DNA from: Chloroflexota bacterium
GTDB taxonomy: Bacteria; Chloroflexota; Dehalococcoidia; Dehalococcoidales; UBA2162
Length of the DNA: 64,000 bases
Reading direction: 5' to 3'
Assembly: GCA_043812795.1 (NCBI GenBank)
Contig: JBDRLU010000042.1
Location: forward strand, 13,903 to 77,902
This document shows positions 1 to 9,257 of the stretch, piece after piece. Below the pieces are notes generated by a model, which was given only the letters and a program-made list of their open reading frames with translations, was not told the DNA's origin and ran no database searches. The translations under genes were made by a program, and so were the position numbers. Numbering within the stretch: position 1 is the stretch's first letter; the number at the start of each line of letters is the position of its first letter.

Positions 1-503
1 TGAGCAGTAACCTGGGAAAAGGTATTTTAGATTGGAATGAGAAGCTGGTGCAGTCTAAGGCTGGCGCTATCAAGACAACCGAGGTCATTCCCAACTCCAA
101 CAAATATCTGGGGATGTCAGTGTCCACGGCAAAGAGAGTGCCAATTATTATGACAATCATCTTCTTCCTTTTGTGTGCATTCTCTGTTGTGATGTATATA
201 AAATATAGACCGGCAAGGCCCTCCCTGCTTGAGCAGGAGGCAGCGCGAATCAGTAAGAAGTACGGACAACGGATGGCTGTAGCAACAGACCAGATACCGA
301 CTGCGGGTGAAACAACGATAACTCTAAACTCCATGGAAGACTTAGTTAAGATAGCTGATGAACTGGGCAAACCTATAGTTTATCAAGCCGGCATTGGCCC
401 CGATGAAACGCACACGTATTATGTATTCGATGGCGCCAGCCGATACCAATATGTGCTGGCTACCCGCATCGACACGGAAGCTGAACCTGCCGAGAACAGC
501 TAA
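1..503 (+). CDS. hypothetical membrane-anchored protein, 5' end probably outside the window
   Basis: The frame of ORF 48..503 stays open back to base 3. It has one hydrophobic helix (VPIIMTIIFFLLCAFSVVMYI). No family recognised. Confidence 0.45.
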   Translation, partial: SSNLGKGILDWNEKLVQSKAGAIKTTEVIPNSNKYLGMSVSTAKRVPIIMTIIFFLLCAFSVVMYIKYRPARPSLLEQEAARISKKYGQRMAVATDQIPTAGETTITLNSMEDLVKIADELGKPIVYQAGIGPDETHTYYVFDGASRYQYVLATRIDTEAEPAENS

Positions 504-634
504 TAGTTTTGATATTTTGATATCTGGTAGCTGGCAAAATGATACTTAACCATCTCCAAAGGAAAGTGAGCCTCTAAGTTACTCCGTATGTGAGGTAACG
601 TCATTAGAGAGTTGAATTAAAAGGGATTACACAA

Positions 635-671
635 CAGTCCATTTTGTTTAGTGGATAAACAAGATGGACTG
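635..671 (+). terminator. long imperfect hairpin downstream of the first ORF; weak terminator candidate
   Basis: cagtccat-t-ttgttta-gtgga-taaacaa-g-atggactg followed by agcttttc. The U-tract is poor. Confidence 0.2.
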
Positions 672-767
672 AGCTTTTCAGGCGGTGACCAAAGTAAAAC
701 AAGACGCTATAATTAGAAAAGAACACCGATAACGAAAGTTGGGGAACACAGAAGCAGGACGAAGTTA

Positions 768-1250
768 ATGTTCGGAGGAATCGGTCTCAACTTACCGCCA
801 GCTATTCAATATGGTTTTGGCTCAAAGGAACATGACATTACATGCTTCCGTTGTGGGGAGTGTTGCATTAAGTACCACGTTCGCCTGAGTTTAGTAGAAG
901 CCCGTCGGATTGCAGATGAACTGGGGCTGGCATTTGATGATTGGCTAGACAGATATACTGACAGAGATTGGCAACGAGACGAAAGCTTCGTACTAAAGTG
1001 GCGTAATGGTGAGTGTATATTTCTAGAGCGGGTGAAAGGTAGCAAGAAAACCAGCTGCCTCATTCATGGGGTAAAGCCGGAGGTGTGTAAGGTATGGACA
1101 CCCGGCTTGAATCGCAGGGAGTGCCGGCAAGGCCTGGCGAGATACTGGAGACTCAGCATCAGTCCGTTTGAGAAGTTCGAAGGAAGAAGCGAAGACCTCA
1201 GAGAATTCCACTCATTCTTGAAGTCCCTCAAATTCACGAACAACCCATAG
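768..1250 (+). CDS. YkgJ-type (UPF0153-like) cysteine-cluster protein
   Basis: 160 aa with a CFRCGECC motif plus downstream Cys residues. Paralog of ORF 42136..42576. Confidence 0.65.
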   Translation: MFGGIGLNLPPAIQYGFGSKEHDITCFRCGECCIKYHVRLSLVEARRIADELGLAFDDWLDRYTDRDWQRDESFVLKWRNGECIFLERVKGSKKTSCLIHGVKPEVCKVWTPGLNRRECRQGLARYWRLSISPFEKFEGRSEDLREFHSFLKSLKFTNNP

Positions 1251-1475
1251 ACAAATGTGACGGGGTCACGCAATCGCTTGTTTTGTTACCTGGGTGAACA
1301 AATGACAAGTTATGCATTGCAATCCAGACAGTGGGTCAGATAGTAGACTGGGCTGCCGTCATCACCATTTATGATTGAGACGAGGTGCCATCTTTGAGCC
1401 TAGGCTTCGCTGTGAGCCTTTCCTCGGGCCCGAAGGGGAAGATCCGTGTCAGATTTTACCTTTCGTACTTCTCGG

Positions 1476-1543
1476 CTCCCTTCAAAGGGAGAGGGGTTCA
1501 CCCTGAGGAGTCCTCCCTGAAGGGGATAAAGGGGGTGAGAGAG
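1476..1543. repeat. intergenic repeat, family A (gagagggGTTCACCCTGA...GAAGGGgATaAAGGGgGTGAG type)
   Basis: Shares blocks with copies at 42663-42750 and 44598-44676. ORF 1385..1576 over it is probably spurious. Confidence 0.5.
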
Positions 1544-1634
1544 TACGGGCATTTCGGTAACCTTACTGCATTTTGACGCAATACAGCCAGCCGAGTTCGA
1601 GTGAAAAATCGGCCAAAAGGCCTAAGACTTTGGC

Positions 1635-1664
1635 TTGACTTATTATCGGCCATTAGGGTATACT
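1635..1664 (+). promoter_or_regulatory. sigma70-like promoter candidate for the Wood-Ljungdahl operon
   Basis: TTGACT (1635-1640), an 18 nt spacer, then TATACT (1659-1664), about 90 nt upstream of the cooC start. Confidence 0.35.
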
Positions 1665-1752
1665 ACTGCGGGTAAGCAACCAGATGCCGGCTTGCAAGGC
1701 TGAGTGCTTTCCCAAGGAAGTCTCAGCCTTAATTTTGCCCACAAAGGGTTCC

Positions 1753-2544
1753 ATGAAGATTGCAATTAGCGGTAAAGGCGGAGTAGGTAAAACACTATTA
1801 GCGGCCCTTTTATCTAAAACATTTGCTGAGTCCGGCTATTCCGTAATCGCTATCGACGCCGACCCCGCCGCTAGTCTGGCGGCTACCCTCGGTTTTCCCC
1901 AGCCTGAAAAAATAACTCCCATATCAGAAATGAAAGAACTTATTGAGGAAAGGACCGGTGCCCGGCCCGGTCAATCGGGACCTTACTTCACGCTTAACCC
2001 CAAAGTGGATGACATCCCGGAAAAATATGCCCAGAAACAAGACGGCATCAGACTGATGCGGATGGGGGGCATCAAAGGTGGCGGCAGCGGCTGCTACTGT
2101 CCGGAGAATGCCCTGCTCAGAACACTGGTAGCTCACCTTCTGCTGGCACGGAATGAAGTGGTCATTCTCGATATGGAAGCCGGTATCGAGCATTTGAGCC
2201 GAGGAACGGCTAAGGCGGTGGATAAACTGATTATTGTCGTCGAGCCAGGACGGAGAAGTCTGGAGACCGCCGCCAACATCAGGAAACTGGCCGGGGACAT
2301 CGATTTAAAAACCATAGCTGTCGTCGGTAATAAAGTGAGAGACCAGGCAGACCAGGCATTTCTTAAAGCCAACTTACCTGACTTTGATTTTCTGGGTTTT
2401 ATACCCTATGACCCGGCGATTACCGAGGCCGACCAGGCCCGTCGTTCCGTCCTGGACGCTAGTCCTGCGGTCAAAGCAGCGGCGAAAGAAATATATCAGG
2501 CTTTGCGACAAAGTGCCGGAGAAGGCACTAAAAATAAGAAATAA
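1753..2544 (+). CDS. cooC: CooC/AcsF-type Ni-insertion ATPase (CODH/ACS maturation)
   Basis: MKIAISGKGGVGKT P-loop and a GSGCYCPEN CxC motif. Start moved to the internal ATG at 1753 of ORF 1684..2544. Confidence 0.85.
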   Translation: MKIAISGKGGVGKTLLAALLSKTFAESGYSVIAIDADPAASLAATLGFPQPEKITPISEMKELIEERTGARPGQSGPYFTLNPKVDDIPEKYAQKQDGIRLMRMGGIKGGGSGCYCPENALLRTLVAHLLLARNEVVILDMEAGIEHLSRGTAKAVDKLIIVVEPGRRSLETAANIRKLAGDIDLKTIAVVGNKVRDQADQAFLKANLPDFDFLGFIPYDPAITEADQARRSVLDASPAVKAAAKEIYQALRQSAGEGTKNKK

Positions 2545-2559
2545 GTAGAAGGAGGTTGT

Positions 2560-4332
2560 ATGCCCTACGACGTATCGAAGATGGCTGACTGGCAGATTGC
2601 CGAAGCCGCCGAAGAACACATGCCCACCCCTGACGAATGGCAAGCCAAACTGGGACTCCAGAAAGATGAAGTGCTCGCCTACGGGAAAGTTGCCAAGCTT
2701 GATTTTCTGAAAATAATGGAACGCCTCAAGAATAAACCGGACGGCAAATACATCGAGGTGACTGCGGTCACTCCCACGCCACTGGGCGAAGGGAAGACAA
2801 CCACCACCATGGGTCTGATGGAAGGATTGGGCAAACAGGGAGAGAACGTGGGCGGCTGTATCCGTCAGCCTTCGGGTGGCCCGACCATGAACGTCAAGGG
2901 GACCGCTGCCGGTGGCGGTAACGCCATCCTCATTCCCCATACCGAATTTTCCATGGGCCTTACCGGCGATATCAATGACATTATGAATGCTCACAACCTG
3001 GCGATGGTTGCCCTCACCGCCCGAATGCAGCACGAGCGCAATTATGACGATGCCGTACTGGCCAAACTGAGCCGTATGCGCCGCCTCGATATCGACCCGA
3101 CCCGCATCGAGATGGGCTGGATTCTGGACTTCTGCGCCCAGAGCCTGCGCAATATCATTATCGGCATCGGTGGACGTATGGAAGGCTTTTTAATGCAGTC
3201 CAAGTTTGGCATTGCTGTCAGCTCCGAGCTGATGGCCATGCTATCCATCGTCAGAGACCTGGCTGACCTGCGGGAAAGAATGAATAATATCACCGTAGCC
3301 TTCGATAAGAAAGGCAAGCCCATCACCACCAGTGACCTGGAAGTAGCCGGGGCGATGACGGCATGGATGCGTAATACCATCAATCCCACCCTGTGCTGCA
3401 CGGCCGAATACCAGCCTTGCATGGTCCATGCCGGACCTTTTGCCAATATTGCCGTCGGCCAGTCCTCGATTATTGCCGACCGGCTCGGGCTGAAGATGTT
3501 CGATTATCATGTTACTGAAAGCGGCTTCGCCTCTGATATCGGCTTCGAGAAATTCTGGAATGTGAAGTGTCGCTATAGCGGGCTCAAACCGAACGTATCC
3601 GTACTGGTCGCCACCGTCCGTTCGCTCAAGATGCATGGCGGTGGCCCCAGGGTAGTACCCGGTGTGGCACTACCTGACGCCTATAAGAAATCAGCCCCCG
3701 AACTGGTCGAGAAAGGTTGTGAAAACCTGGTCCATCACATCGGCATCATCCGGGCAGCCGGTATCAATCCGGTGGTCTGCGTCAATACCTTCCCAACCGA
3801 CACTAAAGAAGAGGTTGCCATCGTGCGTAAGGCCGCCGAAGCTGCCGGAGCTCGCTGTGCCCAATCCACTCATTTTTCGAATGGCGGTGCCGGTGCCGGA
3901 GAGCTGGCTGACGCCGTCAAGGAAGCCTGCAAGCAGGAGAACGAATTCAAGTTCCTCTATCCCAACGAAATGAAACTGAGAGATAGGGTGGACAAGGTAG
4001 CCAAGGTGGTCTACGGGGCCAGTGGTGTCTCCTGGAGTGCGGAAGCGGAAGCCAAGGCAAAAGCTTTCGAGGCGGATAAGAAATACGATGAGTACGCCAC
4101 CATGATGGTCAAGACCCATCTTTCGCTGACTCACGACCCGACCCTCAAGGGCGTACCCAAGGGATGGACATTGCCTATCCGCGATATCCTGATTTACTCC
4201 GGGGCTAAATTCCTTTGTCCGATGGCCGGAAGTATCAGCCTGATGCCTGGCACCGGGTCTGACCCGGCTTTCAGAAAGGTTGATGTCGATGTCAATACCG
4301 GCAAAGTCAAAGGATTGCACGAGGTAGATTAA
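2560..4332 (+). CDS. fhs: formate--tetrahydrofolate ligase
   Basis: 590 aa with [13 protein letters not shown] and typical FTHFS sequence throughout. RBS aggagg upstream. Confidence 0.95.
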   Translation: MPYDVSKMADWQIAEAAEEHMPTPDEWQAKLGLQKDEVLAYGKVAKLDFLKIMERLKNKPDGKYIEVTAVTPTPLGEGKTTTTMGLMEGLGKQGENVGGCIRQPSGGPTMNVKGTAAGGGNAILIPHTEFSMGLTGDINDIMNAHNLAMVALTARMQHERNYDDAVLAKLSRMRRLDIDPTRIEMGWILDFCAQSLRNIIIGIGGRMEGFLMQSKFGIAVSSELMAMLSIVRDLADLRERMNNITVAFDKKGKPITTSDLEVAGAMTAWMRNTINPTLCCTAEYQPCMVHAGPFANIAVGQSSIIADRLGLKMFDYHVTESGFASDIGFEKFWNVKCRYSGLKPNVSVLVATVRSLKMHGGGPRVVPGVALPDAYKKSAPELVEKGCENLVHHIGIIRAAGINPVVCVNTFPTDTKEEVAIVRKAAEAAGARCAQSTHFSNGGAGAGELADAVKEACKQENEFKFLYPNEMKLRDRVDKVAKVVYGASGVSWSAEAEAKAKAFEADKKYDEYATMMVKTHLSLTHDPTLKGVPKGWTLPIRDILIYSGAKFLCPMAGSISLMPGTGSDPAFRKVDVDVNTGKVKGLHEVD

Positions 4333-4411
4333 AAAACTAAAATTCGATACCGAAAAAGTAAGCAGTCATCTTAACATAATGTCGTAATCATGGTATCATA
4401 TAGATAGGGTT

Positions 4412-6400
4412 ATGATGGCGAAGAACTCGGCAAACCAGAAAAGAAGAGTGCATTTCGAACCGGGAAATGTTGACATCGTTGTCGAACCGGGAGCTAACCT
4501 GCTGGAGACAGCAATTCAGGCCGGCGTACGGCTAATTGCTTCCTGCGGCGGGGAGGGCACCTGCGGCACCTGCAAGGTTGTCATCAAAGAAGGCGAGGTC
4601 GAAACCAAGCGCACCGCCAAGCTTTCCGACGAGGAATACCAGCGGGGAGTGAGACAGGCATGTCAAAGTAAAGTCATTACCGATTTGAAGGTTTACTTAC
4701 CCGTGGAATCAAGGCTGGAAACGGCCATCCTGGTCCGAGAGCAAAAGTCAACTGGTGCCCGGCAGCAGGAAGCTCTGGCCACCGGCTGGAGATTCAGTCC
4801 GCCGCTGAAGAAGTATTTTGTCGAGCTTCCGCCACCTACGCTTAACGACAATGTCAGCGACCTATCCCGATTATTGAGAGGTCTAAAACAGGACTACAAG
4901 CTGAGTAACATGACGGTAGATTTCGAAGTTGTGGCCAATCTTCCACGCGTACTGAGAGAACAAAATTGGCAAGCGACGGTAACCATCTTGGTAACGGCGG
5001 TGGAATCACAGACAGCTGCCCGCCGCCGGCCAAGGTTGGTTAACGTTGAACCGGGGGATACCCGGAAGCAATACTATTCCCTCGCCATTGACATCGGCAC
5101 AACTACCGTAAAGGCCCAGCTACTCGATTTAACCCGGGGACGGGTTATCGCGGAAGACGCCGACTATAACGGCCAGATTAGTTATGGCCGTGATGTCGTT
5201 ACCCGTATCACCTACTGCCAGCGTCCGGATGGGCTACCGACGCTACAAAAGGCCGTCGTCACTACCATCAACGAAATACTCGGTCGTTTGCTCGTCCAGA
5301 GTAAGGTTGACGTCGGGAATATCGGCCACGTAATCGTCGCCGGTAATACCACCATGCTCCAGATTCTGCTCGGTATCGACCCTAAATATATCAGGCTGGC
5401 GCCTTATACTCCCGCGGCTACTTACGTACCGCCGGTAAAGGCTAAATCGCTCGGCGTCAAGGTCGGGGGGCACGTATATCTTTTCACCTTCCCTCTCGTC
5501 GCCAGCTATGTCGGCGGTGACATCGTATCGGGAGTAGTTGCTGCTGGAGTACACCAGACCAAGAAACTGACTTTTTATATGGATATCGGCACCAACGGCG
5601 AAATTGTCATCGGGAAATCGGATTGGATGGTAACCGCCGCCTGTTCCGCCGGTCCCGCTTTTGAGGGTGGTGAGATAAAGCACGGCATGATCGCCACCAG
5701 CGGCGCTATCGAAGACTTTAGTATTGATGCTACAACTATCGAGCCGACCATCGGCACTATCGGTGACGAGAAACCCAAAGGCATCTGCGGCTCGGGGCTA
5801 ATCAACATCGTAGCCGGTCTGCTTGAAGCCAGGGCCATCAGTCCAAATGGGAAATTCAATACCGACTTGCCCGGCAAGAGAATCAGGGAGGGCAATGAAG
5901 GCTACGAATATGTTCTCGCCTGGGCGCCGGAGACACAGACAGATAAAGATATCGTCATCACCGAGACCGATATCGATAACCTCATGCGGGCTAAAGCGGC
6001 GATGTACGCCGGCTGCCAGACGCTGGTCAAAAGCGTCGGCCTTACCTGCAACGATATCGAGCAGGTAATTATTGCCGGGGCTTTCGGTAGCTATATTAAT
6101 ATTGAAAAGGCAATCACCATCGGTCTGCTGCCTGACCTGCCGCGGGAAAAATTTATCTTCATCGGGAACGGCTCCCTGATGGGAGCCAGACTGGGCTCGT
6201 TCTCCATCGATATCCTCGATGAAGTGAGAAGAGTCGCCAGGTTAATGACCAATTTTGAGCTGAGTGAAAACGTCGATTTTATGAATAATTATGTAGCCGC
6301 CCTTTTCTTCCCCCACACTAACGCCGACGACTTCCCCAATATTACCGAAAAACTTGGTGGGAAAAAGAAACGCACCTCGAAAAGGAGAGTCACGGTTTGA
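4412..6400 (+). CDS. acsV: reductive activator of corrinoid Fe-S protein (RACo/AcsV-like): 2Fe-2S ferredoxin domain plus ASKHA ATPase
   Basis: N-terminal CGGEGTCGTCKV plant-type ferredoxin motif, then an actin-like ATPase motif (AIDIGTTTVKAQL). 662 aa. Confidence 0.75.
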   Translation: MMAKNSANQKRRVHFEPGNVDIVVEPGANLLETAIQAGVRLIASCGGEGTCGTCKVVIKEGEVETKRTAKLSDEEYQRGVRQACQSKVITDLKVYLPVESRLETAILVREQKSTGARQQEALATGWRFSPPLKKYFVELPPPTLNDNVSDLSRLLRGLKQDYKLSNMTVDFEVVANLPRVLREQNWQATVTILVTAVESQTAARRRPRLVNVEPGDTRKQYYSLAIDIGTTTVKAQLLDLTRGRVIAEDADYNGQISYGRDVVTRITYCQRPDGLPTLQKAVVTTINEILGRLLVQSKVDVGNIGHVIVAGNTTMLQILLGIDPKYIRLAPYTPAATYVPPVKAKSLGVKVGGHVYLFTFPLVASYVGGDIVSGVVAAGVHQTKKLTFYMDIGTNGEIVIGKSDWMVTAACSAGPAFEGGEIKHGMIATSGAIEDFSIDATTIEPTIGTIGDEKPKGICGSGLINIVAGLLEARAISPNGKFNTDLPGKRIREGNEGYEYVLAWAPETQTDKDIVITETDIDNLMRAKAAMYAGCQTLVKSVGLTCNDIEQVIIAGAFGSYINIEKAITIGLLPDLPREKFIFIGNGSLMGARLGSFSIDILDEVRRVARLMTNFELSENVDFMNNYVAALFFPHTNADDFPNITEKLGGKKKRTSKRRVTV

Positions 6401-7173
6401 GTTTCTCCATCGCAGTTGCGGGCAAGGGTGGGAGCGGAAAGACTTCGATAACGAGCCTGATTATCCGTTATTTGAAGAATAACCACCTCGACCCGATTTT
6501 AGCAATTGACGCTGACGCCAATGCTAACCTGGGGGATAGTCTCGGACTCACTATCAAGAAAACAGTCGGCTCGATAATCGCCAGTTTCAATACTGAAAAA
6601 ATAAGTATTCCTCCTGGATTGACCAAGGAGGCCTATCTTGAGTATAAATTAAACGAAGCTATCGTGGAAGAAAAAGGGCTTGACCTGCTGACTATGGGGC
6701 GGGGTGAAGGCGCCGAATGCTACTGCTACCCCAACCTGTTGATGAGAAAGTTTATCGACAGTCTTTCCGGAAATTACGCCTATGTGGTCATGGATAACGA
6801 AGCCGGGATGGAGCACCTGAGCCGGAGGACAACGCAGAACGTCGATGCTTTGCTCCTCATCTCGGACCATTCCGTCAAAGGTATCCGTACTATCGCCCGG
6901 ATAAGGGAACTTGTCGCCGAACTCAAGCTGGTCGTGGCACGGCAACTACCGATAATTAATTTCGTGCCGTCTCAACTCGACCCGTTAATCAGCCAGGAAC
7001 TGGCCAGATTAAGCATCGAGCCGGCGGCACTAATTCCACAAGACAAACTGGTCTATGAATGTGACCTCGAGCAAAAACCGCTGCTCGACTTACCCGATTC
7101 ATCAATAGCGGTCAAAGCGGTCGATGACCTGATGGCTGAAGTCCTGCAAAAGGAACACAGCTACAAAGGGTGA
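6397..7173 (+). CDS. cooC: second CooC/AcsF-type Ni-insertion ATPase
   Basis: AVAGKGGSGKT P-loop and a GAECYCYPN CxC motif. The TTG start overlaps the acsV stop. Confidence 0.8.
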   Translation: MSFSIAVAGKGGSGKTSITSLIIRYLKNNHLDPILAIDADANANLGDSLGLTIKKTVGSIIASFNTEKISIPPGLTKEAYLEYKLNEAIVEEKGLDLLTMGRGEGAECYCYPNLLMRKFIDSLSGNYAYVVMDNEAGMEHLSRRTTQNVDALLLISDHSVKGIRTIARIRELVAELKLVVARQLPIINFVPSQLDPLISQELARLSIEPAALIPQDKLVYECDLEQKPLLDLPDSSIAVKAVDDLMAEVLQKEHSYKG

Positions 7174-7212
7174 CAGGATAATTGTATTATCAAATAAGAG
7201 GGAGGTTTAACC

Positions 7213-8091
7213 ATGCCGGCAGAAATAATAGATGGAAGAAAAATTGCTGCTGAAATCCAGGGAGAACTGAAGCAACGGATAAGCAACTTGCAGGCGAAGG
7301 GTGTAGCCCCGAAGCTGGTATCGATTCTGGTTGGCGAGGACCCTGCCTCTCAATCTTACCTCCGTGGCATTGCCCGCACCTGCGGGGAGGTCGGCGTACT
7401 GACCGATACTGCCAGACTCGCAGCGGATGTCACGCAGGCGGTACTTCTCCAGAAAATCAGTGAGCTTAACAACGACCCTCAAGTCCATGGTATCCTCCTC
7501 TTGCTGCCTTTACCCAAACACCTGAATAGCCTTGAGGCCGAGAGTGCCATTTCACCGGCCAAGGACGTGGATGGGACGAACCCCATCAGTGCCGGTAAAC
7601 TATTACTTGGCGAAGAAACTTTCTTTCCTTCGACTCCTTACGGAGTCCAGGAGCTGCTATACCGCAGCGGTCATGACCCGGACGGAAAGCACGTGGTCAT
7701 TGTCGGCCGCAGCAATATCGTAGGGAAACCCTTGATTGGCATACTGGTACAAAAACAAAAGGGGGCCAATGCCACCGTCACCGTATGCCATACCGGCACC
7801 AAGGACCTGCCGGCCATTACGAAACAGGCCGATATTCTGGTTGCCGCCATGGGGAGGGCGAAAGCCATTACCGCCGACATGGTATCGGAGGGAACGATAG
7901 TAATCGACGTCGGGGTGAACTTCATCCCGGACCCGGCCACCGGCAAGAATAAGCAGGTGGGTGATGTCGATTTCGAGGCGGTGAAAGAGAAGGCCGCCGC
8001 CATCACACCCGTACCGGGCGGGACGGGAGCGGTAACCTCGATTATGCTAATGGCAAATACGGTGAGAGCGGCTGAGTCGCTCACCAAATGA
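7213..8091 (+). CDS. folD: FolD-family methylene-THF dehydrogenase paralog 1, lacking cyclohydrolase Lys/Gln signatures
   Basis: 292 aa. GRSNIVGKP, CHTGT and IDVGVN are intact. YLRGI replaces YVxxK, and ILLLLPLP replaces LVQLPLP. Confidence 0.85.
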   Translation: MPAEIIDGRKIAAEIQGELKQRISNLQAKGVAPKLVSILVGEDPASQSYLRGIARTCGEVGVLTDTARLAADVTQAVLLQKISELNNDPQVHGILLLLPLPKHLNSLEAESAISPAKDVDGTNPISAGKLLLGEETFFPSTPYGVQELLYRSGHDPDGKHVVIVGRSNIVGKPLIGILVQKQKGANATVTVCHTGTKDLPAITKQADILVAAMGRAKAITADMVSEGTIVIDVGVNFIPDPATGKNKQVGDVDFEAVKEKAAAITPVPGGTGAVTSIMLMANTVRAAESLTK

Positions 8092-8125
8092 TAAAACGAA
8101 TTACCGGTCTTAGGAGGATAAGACG

Positions 8126-9016
8126 ATGCCAGCGATGATACTGGACGGGAGAAAGATTTCAGCCGAAATAAGAGAGGAACTTAAAGAACAGGCAAAGCTG
8201 CTCAAGGCACGGGGAATCGTGCCGGGTCTGGCTGGAATACTCGTCGGCGAAGACTCCGGCTCGGTTACCTACGTCGGACTGAAGAGCAAGGCCTGTGAAG
8301 AGATAGGTATCAAGGAAATGATGTGCCATCTGCCTGAGGCAGTAACGGAGCCAGAACTTTTCCAGAATATCGAAAAGCTGAATAAAGACCCGCAGGTCCA
8401 TGGCATCTTCATCCAGCTTCCTCTACCCAAACACCTGACGGCGTGTGAGGATAAAGCGCTGGCCGCCATCGTACCGGAAAAAGACGTTGACGGCTTCCAG
8501 GCTGTTAACGTGGGCAAGGCCTGGCTGGGACAGTCCGCCTTCGTACCGGCGGTAGCCATTGCCATGCATGAGATGCTCATCCGGGGCGGGTATGACCTCA
8601 AAGATAAAGAAGTAGTCATCGTAAATGTAGATAATATGGTAGGTAAACCGCTGGCCTCCATCCTGGTCCAGGACAAAGAAAAAGCGAGAGCTAACGTCAC
8701 CCTGTGCTATCCCACCACGCCAAATCTAGCGGCATATACCCGGCGGGCCGACGTAGTGGTAGTTTCGGTCAACAAACCGAAATTCATTACCGCCGATATG
8801 ATTAAGGAAGGGGCCGTGGTAATGGACTTCGGAGGAACATTTGTCGAAGACCCGGTGACCAAAAAGAGAAAGACAGTAGGTGATGTGGACTTCGAGGCAG
8901 TCAAAGAAAAAGCCGGGGCAATAACGCCGGTCCCCGGCGGAGTGGGACCGATGCTGGTCACCATGCTTATGCTGAGTACAGTTAACGCCGCCAAACTAGC
9001 GGCTGGATTAGCTTAG
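8126..9016 (+). CDS. folD: FolD-family paralog 2: cyclohydrolase signatures retained, nucleotide-binding motifs degenerate
   Basis: 296 aa. YVGLKSK, IFIQLPLP, KDVDGF and PVPGGVGPM are present. IVNVDNMVGKP, CYPTT and MDFGGT replace the canonical GRSxxVGxP, CHSxT and IDxGIN. Confidence 0.85.
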   Translation: MPAMILDGRKISAEIREELKEQAKLLKARGIVPGLAGILVGEDSGSVTYVGLKSKACEEIGIKEMMCHLPEAVTEPELFQNIEKLNKDPQVHGIFIQLPLPKHLTACEDKALAAIVPEKDVDGFQAVNVGKAWLGQSAFVPAVAIAMHEMLIRGGYDLKDKEVVIVNVDNMVGKPLASILVQDKEKARANVTLCYPTTPNLAAYTRRADVVVVSVNKPKFITADMIKEGAVVMDFGGTFVEDPVTKKRKTVGDVDFEAVKEKAGAITPVPGGVGPMLVTMLMLSTVNAAKLAAGLA

Positions 9017-9030
9017 AAAGGGAGGTAAAT

Positions 9031-9249
9031 ATGCCAGAGAAAATGGTGAAGAAAAAGGCTCCGGGACGGGGAGAGGTAGAGGTACTGGGCGAAACCTTCG
9101 AAGAAGGCAAACCCGAAGATAAGGACTTGGGCCGGTGGGAACAGAAGCTTGCTACCAGACAAGATAAACTGAAATACCTGGAAACGGCTGAAAGGTACTG
9201 GTACAGCAAGGAAGGGTTCGGCAGCGAAAAAAGAAAGAACCCGGCTTAA
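9031..9249 (+). CDS. small charged hypothetical protein (72 aa) inside the acs cluster
   Basis: It exactly fills the folD2-acsD gap and has a strong RBS (gggaggtaaatATG). Lys/Glu-rich. No family recognised. Confidence 0.5.
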   Translation: MPEKMVKKKAPGRGEVEVLGETFEEGKPEDKDLGRWEQKLATRQDKLKYLETAERYWYSKEGFGSEKRKNPA

Positions 9250-9257
9250 AGGAGGCG

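Noticed and set aside
1385-1576. 63 aa ORF in the intergenic region before cooC.
   Set aside because: It is built almost entirely from the family A repeat (PFKGRGVHPEESSLKGIKGVRE), a pattern that recurs in other intergenic copies. It is probably not coding.
2374-3033. Long antisense or overlapping ORFs inside well-supported genes, for example 2374..3033(-), 13390..14187(-), 18308..19120(-), 49711..50754(+), 39828..40541(-) and 29541..30290(+).
   Set aside because: Each lies fully within a gene with clear family motifs on the other strand or frame. The translations are Arg/Gly/Pro-rich low-complexity sequence with no recognisable motifs, as expected for a GC-skewed third codon position.
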